DNA of 64,000 nt from Felis catus (GCF_018350175.1 NC_058382.1:51524001-51588000); one strand, 5' to 3'. Numbered from the stretch's first letter, positions 39,215 to 51,170 are shown. A program made the numbers and translations. The notes: generated by a model from the sequence alone, not told the origin.

Positions 39215-39560
39215 TTTGATCAAGGTAAAACACACACATAGAAGAGTGTGCCTTACAGAAGCGTGCACTTGTACATTTCTGCACACTGAGTACAGCTCTG
39301 TGGCCAGCACCCGGCTCAAGAGACAGAGCACGGCCCAGAAGCTCCCCTTGCCCCCTTCCAATATCCTGATTCTAACACCAAAATTAATTGTCCCTTTATC
39401 TGAATGGGATCATAAAATATGTACCCTTTTGTGTCTCTCTTTCACTCAACATTATGTTTCTTACATTCAACCACGTGTGTGAGTAGCTTTAATGACTTGT
39501 TCTCTTTATCGTATGATATTTTGTTTGGTGAACACTGTGTTTTCAAATCCACTACTATTA
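39215..39560 (-). mobile_element. Ancient L1M 3' end fragment
   Basis: 'ccagcacccggctcaagagacagagca...cccagaagctcccc', 'tttcactcaacattatgttt'. Confidence 0.65.
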
Positions 39561-39562
39561 AA

Positions 39563-39726
39563 TTTTTTTAATGTTTATTTTTGGCGGGGGTAGGGGGCGG
39601 AGGGAAGGGCAGAGAGAGAAGGAGACATCAGCACAGAGCCCGACACCGGGCTCGAACTCACAGACCACGAGATTATGACCTGAGCCGAAGTCGGACATTT
39701 AACCGACGGAGCCACCCAGGCACCCC
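39563..39726 (-). mobile_element. SINEC_Fc SINE with internal deletion
   Basis: Head intact; TSD caaatcca[c/t]tactatt at 39544 and 39727. Confidence 0.93.
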
Positions 39727-40179
39727 CAAATCCATTACTATTGAAAGGAAAGTATGAACGGTGCCATTAAGCAATTGTTAAACTTATAAGGAATATGCAA
39801 ATGTAAGACATTATCATCGTTCCTGTTAAGGCCGTTCCTAGCAGACATGGAGGCCTTGGGAGAAAATATCAAGTGGCGAAATTAAAGTGGGAAAAGGGAA
39901 GGGACGATCCAGGATGAGCTATTTCCTGGGTGGAAAGAAAATATAAAAGGGAAGGTACATCATAAATGTGAGATGCTGTCAGATGTTTTCAAACGCACCC
40001 ATTTATTTCAGCAAATGTTTGAGCTCCTATGCCATGCCCAAGGCTTTGCAGAATTTCATATGATTCTAACAAAAACTCTATAAGGTAGGAAGTAGACGTA
40101 TTCTTATTCAGAAGATTATGGAACAAAACTGAAGCCCAGAGAGATGTGCATCCACCCACTGAGGACAGTGGGTAGAGGA

Positions 40180-40648
40180 AATTCATTCACTCATACATTG
40201 GTTCCTTCAACAGAGGTTTACTGAGCTTTCTGGATCTGCTAAACATTATATTCCACTTAGAGATAAAATATGCAAAAAAAAAAAGCTCTCACGTCAATTA
40301 CACGTCAATTACAGATGTGATGGTCACTGATCAGTGATCACCCAGGTGAATGGAAAACTGGAACTACGGGCTTTAAAAGGAGAGACGCACGGTGTTCCTA
40401 GAGCATTGTGTGGGGATGCAACTGGGAGGGAGAGGCCCCCATTTGGAACTGATTGCTGCGAGAAGGTCTAAAGAATGTATCGGAGATGACCAGATGAGGA
40501 GGAAAGAAGGGCATCCTAGGTGGGAGAAGCCGCATGGGCAGAAAGGACCAGGGCAGGTGTGAGAGGTTCAAAGATACTCTAAAGGGACCCAGAAGCTGTA
40601 GTAAGGAGTTTTGTCTCCATCCTGGGAGTAGCAGAAAGTTGTTCTCCA
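40180..40648 (-). mobile_element. L2 remnant
   Basis: Starts with 'attcattcactcat...caacagaggtttactgagc' and continues with a purine-rich L2 antisense body ('taaggagttttgtctccatcctggg'). Confidence 0.55.
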
Positions 40649-40862
40649 GGGATGCCTGGGTGGCTCAGTCGGTTAAGCATCTGACTTTGGCTCAGGTCAT
40701 GATCTCGCGGTTTGTGAGTTCGAGCCCCGCGTCGGGCTCTGGGCTGACAGCTCAGAGCCAGGAGCTTGCTTGGGATTCTGTGTCTCCCTCTCTTTCTGCC
40801 CCTCTCCTGTTCATGCTCACTCGCTCTCTCTCAAAAATAAACAGTAAAAAATAAAAAAAAAA
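40649..40862 (+). mobile_element. SINEC_Fc SINE
   Basis: Canonical body; 14-bp TSD aaagt[t/c]gtt[c/t]tcca at 40635 and 40863. Confidence 0.96.
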
Positions 40863-41793
40863 AAAGTCGTTTTCCAGATAGCCCAGGACTTTATGTTATG
40901 AAATTCAACAAGGAAACGCGGCACAACACACACCTGCTGTGTACCAGCTATAGGAAGGATACTGAAGTCTGCATGACTGGATTTTTAAAAGAAAATATAT
41001 TTTATATGTGCTTAATGGACCCCACTTAGGATAAACAAGAGGAACCATGCTCACTTGGCAAAACCACTAGTCACTCTGCAAAGAGAATGGGCAGGTGGGT
41101 TCTCTGGAGGGTTTCCCCAAAGGTCTTCCCATGAGGGGGTACTGGTTTGGCTGTGTGTTGGCTGGGGCCGCAGATGAGGAGGCAGGGGGCACCAGACAGG
41201 GAAGGGGAAGAAGAGGTTCCTTACCCAAAGGCCTCCCCTGGTCGGTGTGACCGCTCTTCCGAGGCCATCTGCAGGACCACAGCATCACCTTGGGGACTGC
41301 AATGTGAGGTTTGGGGTTTTTCAGCAAGACTTGAGGTTTCTCTGGCCGCCAAAGGCTACTAAACTTGAGAGGCACAGCCTTGCGTAGAGCTCCCCAGAGA
41401 AAAGGGCAATGCCTGTCTTACCCCTAGCTCATTGCCACGGAGTGAAGCGTCTACTCATTTGATAACAATGATATTTTTTTAAGTTATTGCTAAGTATTGG
41501 GAGGGTCTTTCTCCAAGAGTGCGAAACAACCCTTATGTTTCCTATCAAAAGAGGAATGAAAATAAGGCTCTACAATTTCTCACATTAGAGCTGGTGTCAT
41601 ATACGTCTCTTTTGGAGTGTTTGGCAACCTTGGTGTATTTGCCTTTTTATTAGTTCCATTCTTAAGCCCAGCAAAGGTTTGGCTTTTCAATGTGTTTTGA
41701 ATTAGATTCATGAAAGCTATAAAAAATAAATAAATAACTGGCCAGAATTAAGCTAATAAAGTCCTAAAAGACCAAGTTGAGAGAGTCAGGTTC

Positions 41794-41819
41794 TTTTTTT
41801 TTTTTTTTTTTTTTTTTTT
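41794..41819. repeat. Poly(T)26 tract
   Basis: Direct reading. Confidence 0.95.
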
Positions 41820-42761
41820 CCTGTGAATTCTGGTACCTGAATTAAATATGTGTTTTTATAGGATCATAGACCCTTAGGAATGGAGGGAAGATTAGAAGAC
41901 CACCTGGTCCGATATACCATTTGATGTTTAGTTCTCTTCTACAATACTCCCAACTGGGTGCTTTTCCTCTCTGCTGACCACATACCTCCAGTTACCTGTG
42001 GCCCGTCAACCTCATTTTGGATATCAACACTGGCGCTCAATGTCTAATAACTGAGCCATATTTTTGTGATTTCCTCAATGACTATCGCACGCCTTGCTGA
42101 AAACCAGACACCTTATACAGCCTTAGAGCTTCTCTCCAATAACCGTATTCTGAAACAAGGCAGAGTTCATTTAACACAACTGATTCTGTTGACTCTTGGT
42201 TATCATCGCTTTGTTTTCCCAATATCTTTGAAACAAGTTATTTACAAATCTCGACACGTTAAGACAATCAGTTGGATTTAAACCGCTCCATAAATGAAGG
42301 GTCAAAAATCTTCAGGTTCAAGCTTTTTAACCTCCATCATTCAGTCTACAAATATTTGCTGAGCCTTGCCGCAGGTGGGGAACCATGGTGGATCCTAGGA
42401 ATGCAGAAATACAGGAACCTTGTAGCCCCTCGAGAACTCACGGCCCAATAGGTCACAAACAACTACTGATAAAGACAGAGGGGCATGGGTTAGCGGAAGG
42501 GTAGAGGTAAGTTCAGAGGGTACTGAGAACTTTGAGGACAAAAGTGAGTGCACAGAACTCAGCCTGGGGGGTTGGTATGTACGGGGAAAGTGAGGGAAGT
42601 CTTCAGAAGAATCTCAGGTAAGAAGAAGGAGTTGGTCAGGGAAGGTGAGAGAATGAGAGAGGGGAATGCCCTCTTAGGGAACAAATGTTACAAGGCATAG
42701 CCTCACAAAAAAAACACCGTCCGCTCAGGAAATCGCAGGTTGACCCACGGTCTTTAGAGGT

Positions 42762-43557
42762 CTTTTTTTTTAAAGCTTTTAAAAAATAGACTTATTTTTA
42801 AGAGCAGTTTTAGGGTCACAGAAGTATTGAGCAGGAAGTACATAGTTCCCACATTACCGTCAGCACATGCACAGCCTCCCCCAATCCCACACCCCCCACC
42901 GGACTGGCCCAGAGTGGTGATCGATGACCCTATACCGACACATCATGACCACCCGAAGTGTGTCATTTCCCCTGGGGTCCACCCTTGGTGTTGCATATTC
43001 TTTGGGGGTGGGCAAATATACCGTGACGTGTATCCACGACTATGGTATCACACAGAGTAATTTCACTGTTCTAAAAGTCCTCTGGGACTTTGCAGGCCTG
43101 TGCAACCCTCCCTCCCCCCAATCCCGGGAAACCACTGACCTTTCACTGTCTTCACAATTTTGCCCTTTTCCAGAATGTCATATAGTTGGAATCATACAGT
43201 ATGTGGCCTTTTCAGACTGGCTTCTCTCACTGTGTAATATTCATTTAAGTCTTATCACGACCTGATAGTTTCTTTCTTTTTAGCCCTGAAAAATATTCCG
43301 TTGTCTGGCTGTGCCGTATTTTCCTTATCGTCTCACCTTCTGAAGGACAACTTGGTTGATTCTAAATTTCTGCAATTATGAATACAGCTGCTATAAACAT
43401 CCCTGTTCAAGTTTTATGTGAACGGAAGATTCCAATATATTGGGGTAAATACCAGGAAGCATGATGGCAGGATCCAATGGTAAGGTTAAGTTTTACCTTG
43501 GTAGCCAACTGCCAAACCATCCTGCAAAGCGGCTGTACCATTTTACATTCCCACCAG
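42762..43557 (-). mobile_element. L1MC1-like 3' end
   Basis: 'atagacttatttttaagagcagttttaggg', 'cacatgcacagcctccccc', 'tttccagaatgtcatatagttggaatcatacagtatgtggccttttcagactggcttct'. Confidence 0.88.
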
Positions 43558-44153
43558 GGCCAAAATTTTATTCACTTATTTATTCATTTATGCCAACACT
43601 GTCACTGAGCATCTACAACAGGACCGGCACGGGGAATACTGGGGCGAACAAAACAGAAGCGGCCCTGCCCTCCGGGGGTTTGCACTCACGCAGAGAACTT
43701 GCGAGAGGTTACCTAGGAGGTCATCCTGAGAGAGGAGCTGCTTCCCGGCACCATCGCAGAAAATGGCTGCAGGCAAGAGGAAACAGCTCTGTCCACGATC
43801 CTCTCAGGGAGGGCATCCTGGAAGAGAGAAAGGTTCTCCCCACACCCCCAAAGGGTTGGCTGATTGGAGAAGAGAGGATCCCAAGGCGTGGCTGACTTGA
43901 CGACGGAGAAGACTGTGACAAAGGGGTTGACCGTTGAAGAGCTCTGTGTTAGTCCCCATGTAGACCTCAAGAGTTCAAGTTCTTTGTCCCTAGAGTTGTC
44001 CTCTGATACCAAGGAGTGAGTCACAACGGTTTCAAGTTGAAAAGAACCTCAGGGTCCAGCTGTCCCACGACTTACACACATTTCGACCAATGAGATCCCT
44101 CCTCAGATAAAACCCTAGGTGACATCCCCATGTGTAAATCAAGTACAGGTAGG

Positions 44154-44580
44154 TGTATTTGGTTCCTATTGCTTCTGCAACAAAGTGTGCAAACGGAGAG
44201 GCTGGAAACAACACAGATTGGCCATCTAGCGATCAGAAGTCTTAAAGCCAAGGAGTCAGCGGGGTGCATTCCTCCCTGAAGGCTCTAGGACAGAATCTAT
44301 TCCTTTGCTCTTTTCGACCTTCTGGTGGCCACCTGACTCCTTCTCATGGCCCCTTCCGGCATCGTCCAAGCCAACAGCATACCATCTTCCCCCCCGCCCG
44401 CCTCTCTCACCTGACTCCCCAGCCTCCTCACAGGGGGCCTTGTGATTACACTGAATACACCGGCATAATCCGGGATAATCCTCCCATCTTGAGACCCTTC
44501 GCTTTATCAAAGTCCCTTTTGCCGCATAACGAAATACATTCGCAGGCCCCAGGGGTTGGAAGTGGACAACAGGTGGAAGG
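44154..44580 (-). mobile_element. MaLR solo LTR (MLT1D-like)
   Basis: 'tgtatttggttcctattgct', 'gaaggctctaggacagaatct', 'ccttgtgattacactg...ataatccgggataatcctcccatc', 'aaagtcccttttgcc'. Confidence 0.82.
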
Positions 44581-45344
44581 TGTAATATCTAGAAAACTCC
44601 CAAGGGGGCACAGACCACTATTTTAAAGCTACCCACCTGAAGCCGTCTTTAGATCATGACAAGGGTCTCAAGGCAGGAAGGGACTTCTTTTGGAACCCAT
44701 AACAGTTTTACGGAAGATCAAGGCCTAGGATCAACTCCTGGGCCCAGGCCCTTTCCCTTAACCTCATTACTTCAAAAGGTCTTCCTGTGAACAACACCAA
44801 CAACAATAAAAAGGAGCAGAGTTTTGGTAGGTAGTATAAGCCATGGTCAAGACTGCCATGTAGCTTTGCAAAATGCAGACACAGATGAGGTCTCCTTGGG
44901 CCACGGAAAGCTGACATCGTGGTAGGAACTGGAAGGCCTTTCACTCTGGAAACATCTTAGTCAAGCAAATCCCTGTTGCTCAGCGGCTAACTGCTCATCA
45001 TAAAGCAGAAGTCCAGCCCATCCTAATTGGAACTTAAGACTTCTGGCAAGGTCCACAGAGACCAGAAGGCCTGTACATGGCCTAGCTGCATGGGGAGATC
45101 GGCCCTAAACCACTTGTCCTCACATTCTTGGCCTGGTGAGTAAGCCATCGGCTCCCACAACCCCCCTCCCTCATGTCATTTACCACTTTTTTCCTGAATC
45201 TCAAATATGAGCCACAAGTTTCAGACTTTGCAAAAGACTAGACTCTGACATTTAGGGGATCTGGTGTTTATTAAATTGGGAGATTTAAACTGACTGTGAT
45301 TTGTTCTCAATTTAGGTCAGTGACAGACAAATGCCTGAAGTGTG

Positions 45345-45346
<2 letters not shown>

Positions 45347-45386
<40 letters not shown>
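45347..45386. repeat. (GT)20 microsatellite
   Basis: Direct reading. Confidence 0.97.
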
Positions 45387-45387
<1 letters not shown>

Positions 45388-47391
45388 GCATTTGTATAGT
45401 ATCCAGGATCCAGGCACATTTGGGGGAATAAACAGTTTAAAAACCCAGGCAGCCACAAGGCGGAGAGAAAAGAAAAGAAATGCACATTTGAAATCAATTA
45501 TGCCATAAATTAAGGGGGACAGTGAGCCAGGGCACAGGGGCCCCCCTGTGCGATGTTACCACATCTGGCACCACCAACTGTATTAAAATGGCTTTTAAAG
45601 ATCAGGGAGCAGGTCCTCTCCATCTGCTAACCTCTGAAAACGGGACAGGCCACACCCTCAGCCCTGGATGCTGGCTCTCTCCTGACCATGCTGGTAATAA
45701 TCACCCGGCCTCCTCCAAGCAGCTTCAAATCATATTTACCAAACACCTACTGGATGTGAGGCACTGCTAAGATCTTTAGAAAAAAATCTCTTTTGACCTT
45801 CGCAATGTGTGAGCTAAGGGCTATCCTAGAGTCAAACTTTTCTCACCAACCGAAGCACCAGGAGCAACAAGAGCTCAGAAATGTTAATTGCGGAAGACCC
45901 TCGCAGGGAGGAAAGGTGGGATTTCTACCATAGATAGGTTTGTCTGTCTCCTAAATCGGTGATCTTCCGGCCACACTGTATTTTAGCCCCCAGGCTACCG
46001 CTAGGGGTGATATAGGATTATAGACATAAACTCTGTCCCCCAGGAGATCTCCTTTAATTTGCTCATTCATCTTTCGCTTCAGCTCATATCCTAGGAGAAC
46101 ATGAGAGGATCCAAACAGGCACTAGATCAGAAAGTTCCCGAACTTCATAGAGCCTACATCGATTGGGGGCCGAGACCCAGACGGTCAACGAATGAACAGA
46201 TAAACGTATTACTAGCTGTAGATGTTGACAAGTGTAGGAAGGACATGACCAGACTGCTGTCGTGGAGAACAGCAGCTGACTATGTCCCCCCACAAGGGAA
46301 CACATCATTTGATCAGGGAATGAGCTTCATGTCTCTAGAAGTATTCAGTCAAAGGGTGGGTGATCCACAGATGTTCCTGCCCCTATGGGAAGCCAGTAGA
46401 GTTGAGGGAAGTAGATATCCATCCACTAGATTCCTCGCGACGTTCATTCCACCCGTAACAGGATGTGACTTTCCCTGAAGCTACAGGAGGGGGCCCAGAA
46501 GAAAGGCCTTGGGTTATTGGTTAGTATTCATGAAAACTGGGCCCAGGCCAGACACTTGTCAAGCTATATATTGTAGTTATTGCAAAGGGAGAAAAAACAG
46601 AAGAGAAGATATTCAAATGACTGGAGGTGGGCTAGGAGGGGGCACACCAAAGTCATGGGCAGCGATGATGGGAAAGGAGGAAACCTCCGGGTTCAGGCTG
46701 AGTTCAGGCTCTGCTAAGATTATTTGGGGGAGCCTAATCACTCAGCTCTGCAGAGCCGGGCCCACAGGAGAACCAAGTCTGATTCGCTGCTCACACACTG
46801 GGTTCCAGCACCCCTTCAGAGCAGACAGGGGAGGAGAAGTGTCCGGTCTGGGCTGGAAACTGTATAGGCACTTAAGGAGCACTTCATCTTAAAAGGGGAA
46901 CTGTTTTGCTTTTGTCAAACTGGTTAATTTGTCCCAAATGTTAAAAACCTCTTGTCCTCTTGAAAGATCAGCCGTCTACAGATTCAGTGTGCAAACAGCC
47001 AGACCAGGGGAGAGTTAAACCACACACCTCCCCAGGCTCAACTCTGCCTGTGCATCCGACCAGCAGGTTCACACTGAGAAGAGAGAAATGATTTTCCCTG
47101 GCAGCCTGAGGACAAGTTTTCGGGGGGGGGGGGGCTAGCTCCAAAATGGCAATATTCTGTAGAACGTGGGTTGTCAGTTGCAACAGTGATCTGATTCTGG
47201 GGGTCAAATAATGTCTCTGATGCAACTTGGACAATTTCAGTGTTCCTGGGCCAATAACGTCCTCGGTCCATGATTCTGAAATGGATTCAGAATTCTCGCA
47301 TTTTTGAAAACCCCTTTCTGCACAAAGGTGGAAAAGGAGAAGTGTGTATTTCAAATTTTTAAGGTCTGGCAAAAGTCAAAGATTTATTAAA

Positions 47392-47418
47392 ACACACACA
47401 CACACACACACACACACA
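47392..47418. repeat. (AC)13 microsatellite
   Basis: Direct reading. Confidence 0.95.
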
Positions 47419-47439
47419 GCCAAGGGTTTTACTACAGTC

Positions 47440-47495
47440 TTTATTTTTAAGATTTTATTTTGACTCCCGTTAGTTAACATACAGTGCTACAATCT
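47440..47495 (-). mobile_element. Very short carnivore L1 3' tip
   Basis: 'ttttattt...gttagttaacatacagtg' matches a reverse carnivore L1 3' terminus. Confidence 0.55.
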
Positions 47496-47682
47496 TGATA
47501 TACGTTTTCTGATGAAATTCTTACACAATCCAGGGGAGCAGAGACTTAAGAGTATTATTCCCTCCCTCTGCATTTTATCGCTAGGAAAACTGGGGCTCCG
47601 GGAGATTCAACGCGCTGCCTGAAATCACACAGATGGTAAGAGATAGAGCCAGGATTTGAACCAGTTCCATTTCCCTCCAGAG

Positions 47683-47895
47683 AAGCCGTGCTCAGGCAGA
47701 GCCCGTTCTGCCCCCCAGGGGACACTTGGCAATGTCTGCAGACATTTTTGGTTGTCACAACCAGGGGCTGGATGCTGCTGGCATCTAGTGGGTAGAAGCC
47801 AAGGATGCTTCTAAAGCTTCTGACATGCTCACACAGCTCCCTGACAAAGAATATCCAGCCCCAAATATCAATAGTTCGGAGGCTGAGAAATCCCG
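47683..47895 (+). mobile_element. MER20 DNA transposon fossil
   Basis: 'gccccccaggggacacttggcaatgtctgcagacatttttggttgtcacaac...ctggcatctagtgggtaga'. Confidence 0.92.
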
Positions 47896-48159
47896 GTCAG
47901 GAGGCTGTGCTATAAATGATCACCCTTCTACCTGGCTTTTCGGGTTTCGCAGCAATGCTCTCCTGCAGCAGAGCCCCCCTAGGGTTTATTTCAATCCCAC
48001 TGTATGACCCATTACGTGGGTATATAAAGCGCCTCAGAGTGTTCCTGCCATCAGATCAGAAATATGAGATCACAGCATCGTGTTCTCTCCTGGACTCCTC
48101 TCTCCCACACGTGTAACTGAGTGCTTGCTTTCTCAGGGACAGGCTCACATTCACATTTT

Positions 48160-48340
48160 CTTCTTTTCTTTTCTTTCTTTTATTTATTATTTTTGAGAGA
48201 CAGCACGAGAGAGAGGCAGAGAGAGAGAGAGAATCCCTAGTTCTGCACTGTCAGCACAGGGCCCAACGTGGGGCTCGAACCCACAAACCGTGAGATCGTG
48301 ACCTGAGCCGAAACCAAGAATCGGACACTTAACCGACTGT
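48160..48340 (-). mobile_element. Carnivore SINE lacking its 5' head
   Basis: Body and tail present; the expected 'gagccacccaggcgcccc' is absent. Confidence 0.9.
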
Positions 48341-48443
48341 TAACCGACGCTTAACCGGACGTTTCATTACAAAATGAAAAACGGCCCGTTTTACAGCAGA
48401 GGCTGTCATTTGCTCAAGGTTAACCGGATACAAAGCGGGGGGG

Positions 48444-48679
48444 GGGGCGCCTGGGTGGCTCAGGCGGTTAAGTGTCCAACTGTTGGTTTAGGCTCAGATC
48501 ATGATCTGATGGTTCGTGAGTTTGAGCCCCGTGTCAGGCTCCGGGCTGACAGTGCAGTGCTTGCTTGGGATTCCCTCTCTCTCCCTCTCTCTCTGCCCCT
48601 CCCCTGCTCATGTTCTCTCTCTCACACACACACAAAAAATAAAAAAATAAAAAAACTTTAAAAACAAACAAACAAAAAA
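48444..48679 (+). mobile_element. Carnivore SINE
   Basis: ggggcgcctgggtggctcaggcggttaag..., (CT)n and A-rich tail. Confidence 0.94.
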
Positions 48680-48741
48680 GTCACAGAACTAAAGCTACAT
48701 ACGTAAGCCCCGGTTCCCAGCCCTGCACACCTCTCTCTGGT

Positions 48742-48922
48742 GGAACTTTGCAAACTTCAGTAAGAATTTGCATCAACTGTGGGGCTTGTTTTGAGCAGGC
48801 CAGCCCCTCCCCAGCGCTCTGATTCCTGAGATCTGGATCGGGGTCCAGGAACGGGCCTTTCTGAGATGCCCCCATGTGGTTTTGATGCAGCTGTCTCACG
48901 GAACCAAATTTTGAGGGACGCT
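48742..48922 (+). mobile_element. MER5A-like hAT DNA transposon fossil
   Basis: 'caaacttcag...gggcttgtt...ctctgattcctgagatctgg...tgatgcagctg...ttttgag' follows the MER5A layout. Confidence 0.7.
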
Positions 48923-49020
48923 CTACTGTATATAACGCTGGATGTGAAGTGTATTCCACTGCAAAAATAATAGCAAAGATATCGATTTTGTTTACTTCAT
49001 AGTAAAAGTAACGAGACGCA

Positions 49021-49980
49021 AGGCAGGGGTGCATATAGGCCTGGAAAAGAAGGCAGGCGGCTTTGGCGGTCTCCGAATCAAAAAGCAGGGACAGAGGGGT
49101 GGCTGGCGTGCCACAGCGATTTGAGTGCCACTGTCGGCTTCACCACACGTAGGGCTTCCTGGCCTTGAGCATTTTCCTTGGCTTCTCAAGGCTCTATTCT
49201 GTCACCATTTGCTACTCCGAGCGAAAATTACCTGCTTTGTAGAACGCTATCAGCATGAGGCGTTCCCGTCCGGGACATACTTAACGGAGCACGAAGACCC
49301 ACTCAGCTCTACTTGACCGGTGCTTCTGTTGTTGTTTTCAGGGTTTGCACTGAGTCTGGTCAGCTCAACGCTGTGACACAGCAGCCCAAGCGTGGTGGCG
49401 GCCCGTAATCCAACAGCAGCTGGGCGAGATGAAACACCGGCCCCGTCGCGCATTCCCCCTGCCCACTGAACTAGAATAAACAGTGGCGCAAAAGCATCTG
49501 AAGCATTTTGAAATTTATAAACATGCCCAGAGCAAGGGCCTGTCCTCCTGGCTCTGATGAGAGAGCGCCAGAGTCCCTTTTTCTTCCCCACTGTTGATCC
49601 GTTTGGGCTGCAAGCGACGCCCTGGTGAATAAACTCAGAGATGTCAAAGCAGGGTCGGGTGATCGCCGCTAGAGGTTTCCTTGGCAATTACGTGTTTCTT
49701 TCTCCCTGAAAACCCGACCGAGTCAAAGGCCTTCAGCTCTGTTGGGTGGGGGGAGCTTCTCCGAGGCTTGTCACAAGATGGACAGCGCTCAGATCGCAGG
49801 GACAGACAGGTATGTGATGCAGGAGACGCAGGGCAGCGACACAGGCTGCCGTGTTCGTGACATCAGCCGGGATCACGGAGCTCTTGCCCTGCGCCAGGCA
49901 CACAGGCTGGACGTGCAACGCCTAACGGGGACGGTGCCGACACGCGCCCTGCGTGCAAGACGCTCAGAGTCTTCTGCGGT
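49021..49980. promoter_or_regulatory. CpG-island-like segment
   Basis: About 56 CpGs in 960 bp by hand count, visibly denser than most of the window; function unknown. Confidence 0.5.
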
Positions 49981-49989
49981 GTCCAAATC

Positions 49990-50418
49990 ACTGGGAGAGA
50001 CAGGGGACACTGGACAAGGTATCCAGCCAGGGCAACTCAACACTGCCAAGGTCGTGAACAACAAGGGAGGACAGCGCAACTGCCACAGGCCACAGGAGAC
50101 TAGGGAGACGTGGCAACTACATGCAATATGGTACCCTGGACTGGATCCCAGGATAGAAAGAAGGCCTAAGTGGAAAAACCACTGAAGTCCAAGTCTGGAA
50201 TCGAGTTAACAGTAACGTACCAACATTGGTTTCTTAGTTTTGATAAATGAACCACAGCGGATGTCGTAACTTGCAGGAACTAATAGAGAAATAAAATGTT
50301 AACAACGAGGGAGACGGCGTGGGGTATAAGGGAAGCCTCCCTGTCTTTACAACTTTCCTGTACATCAAAACTACTCCCCAGAGATAATTAAAAAAAAAAA
50401 AAACAAAAAAAAAAAACC
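49990..50418 (+). mobile_element. L1MC3/4-like 3' end with poly(A)
   Basis: 'ggagactagggagacgtggcaactacatgcaatatggtaccctggactggatccc', 'caactttcctgtacatc' followed by an A tail. Confidence 0.8.
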
Positions 50419-50641
50419 ACACCTGGAAGCCCTGACAAAAAATGCATTTCTTTTGGTTCTCACGCGGAATATGCTGGTTAGGAGTTCTACCTTTCGCTGC
50501 TTCAGTTGGAATCCATAAAACCAGACCCTGGTTTCTGTCCTTTCTGAGGTCCAGAGATATGCAGCTCTTCTTCTGTCAGATGAGATACCAGAGGTCCCCA
50601 TGACATCAGGTATCCCAGATTCCTCCAATACTTTCCTTTTT

Positions 50642-50855
50642 TTTTTTTTTTTCAACGTTTATTTATTTTTAGGACAGAGAGAGACAGAGCATGAACGGGG
50701 GAGGGGCAGAGAGAGAGGGAGACACAGAATCGGAAACAGGCTCCAGGCTCTGGGCCATCAGCCCAGAGCCCAACGCGGGGCTCGAACTCCCGGACTGCGA
50801 GATCGTGACCTGGCTGAAGTCGGACGCTTAACCGACTGCGCCACCCAGGCGCCCC
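50642..50855 (-). mobile_element. Young-subfamily SINEC_Fc SINE
   Basis: Near-consensus; perfect 15-bp TSD aatactttccttttt at 50627-50641 and 50856-50870, at a TT/AAAA L1 endonuclease site. Confidence 0.98.
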
Positions 50856-50989
50856 AATACTTTCCTTTTTAAGTTGAACTTCACTGCCAGGAAAGCAGTG
50901 AATGTTCTAGACTGCGGAAACTGATGAACAAATCTTCAGAGGACGGTTTTCTGTTCTCCTGCTGCCCCAAATTCAGAATTCCAGGGAAA

Positions 50990-51170
50990 AGGGGAACATG
51001 TCACTTGCGTGTCCCCTACTCAGGGCAAAGCACCTTCCATAATTAGCCCATCAAGGCTGAATATGAACTGTGGGGTGCAGGGAAAAATTCCCCACAGGGG
51101 AGTTAGGATGCTGCTTCTGGAAAGAACAGGAATAAATGCTGGGTAGCACAAGGGACACATGTCCACCCCT
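50990..51170 (-). mobile_element. MLT1K/L-like MaLR LTR fragment
   Basis: 'ttccccacagggg...atgctg...aaatgctgggtagc...catgtccac'. Confidence 0.5.

Noticed and set aside
40324..40337. Perfect 14-bp palindrome tcactgatcagtga
   Set aside because: About four such palindromes are expected by chance in 64 kb (64000/4^7)
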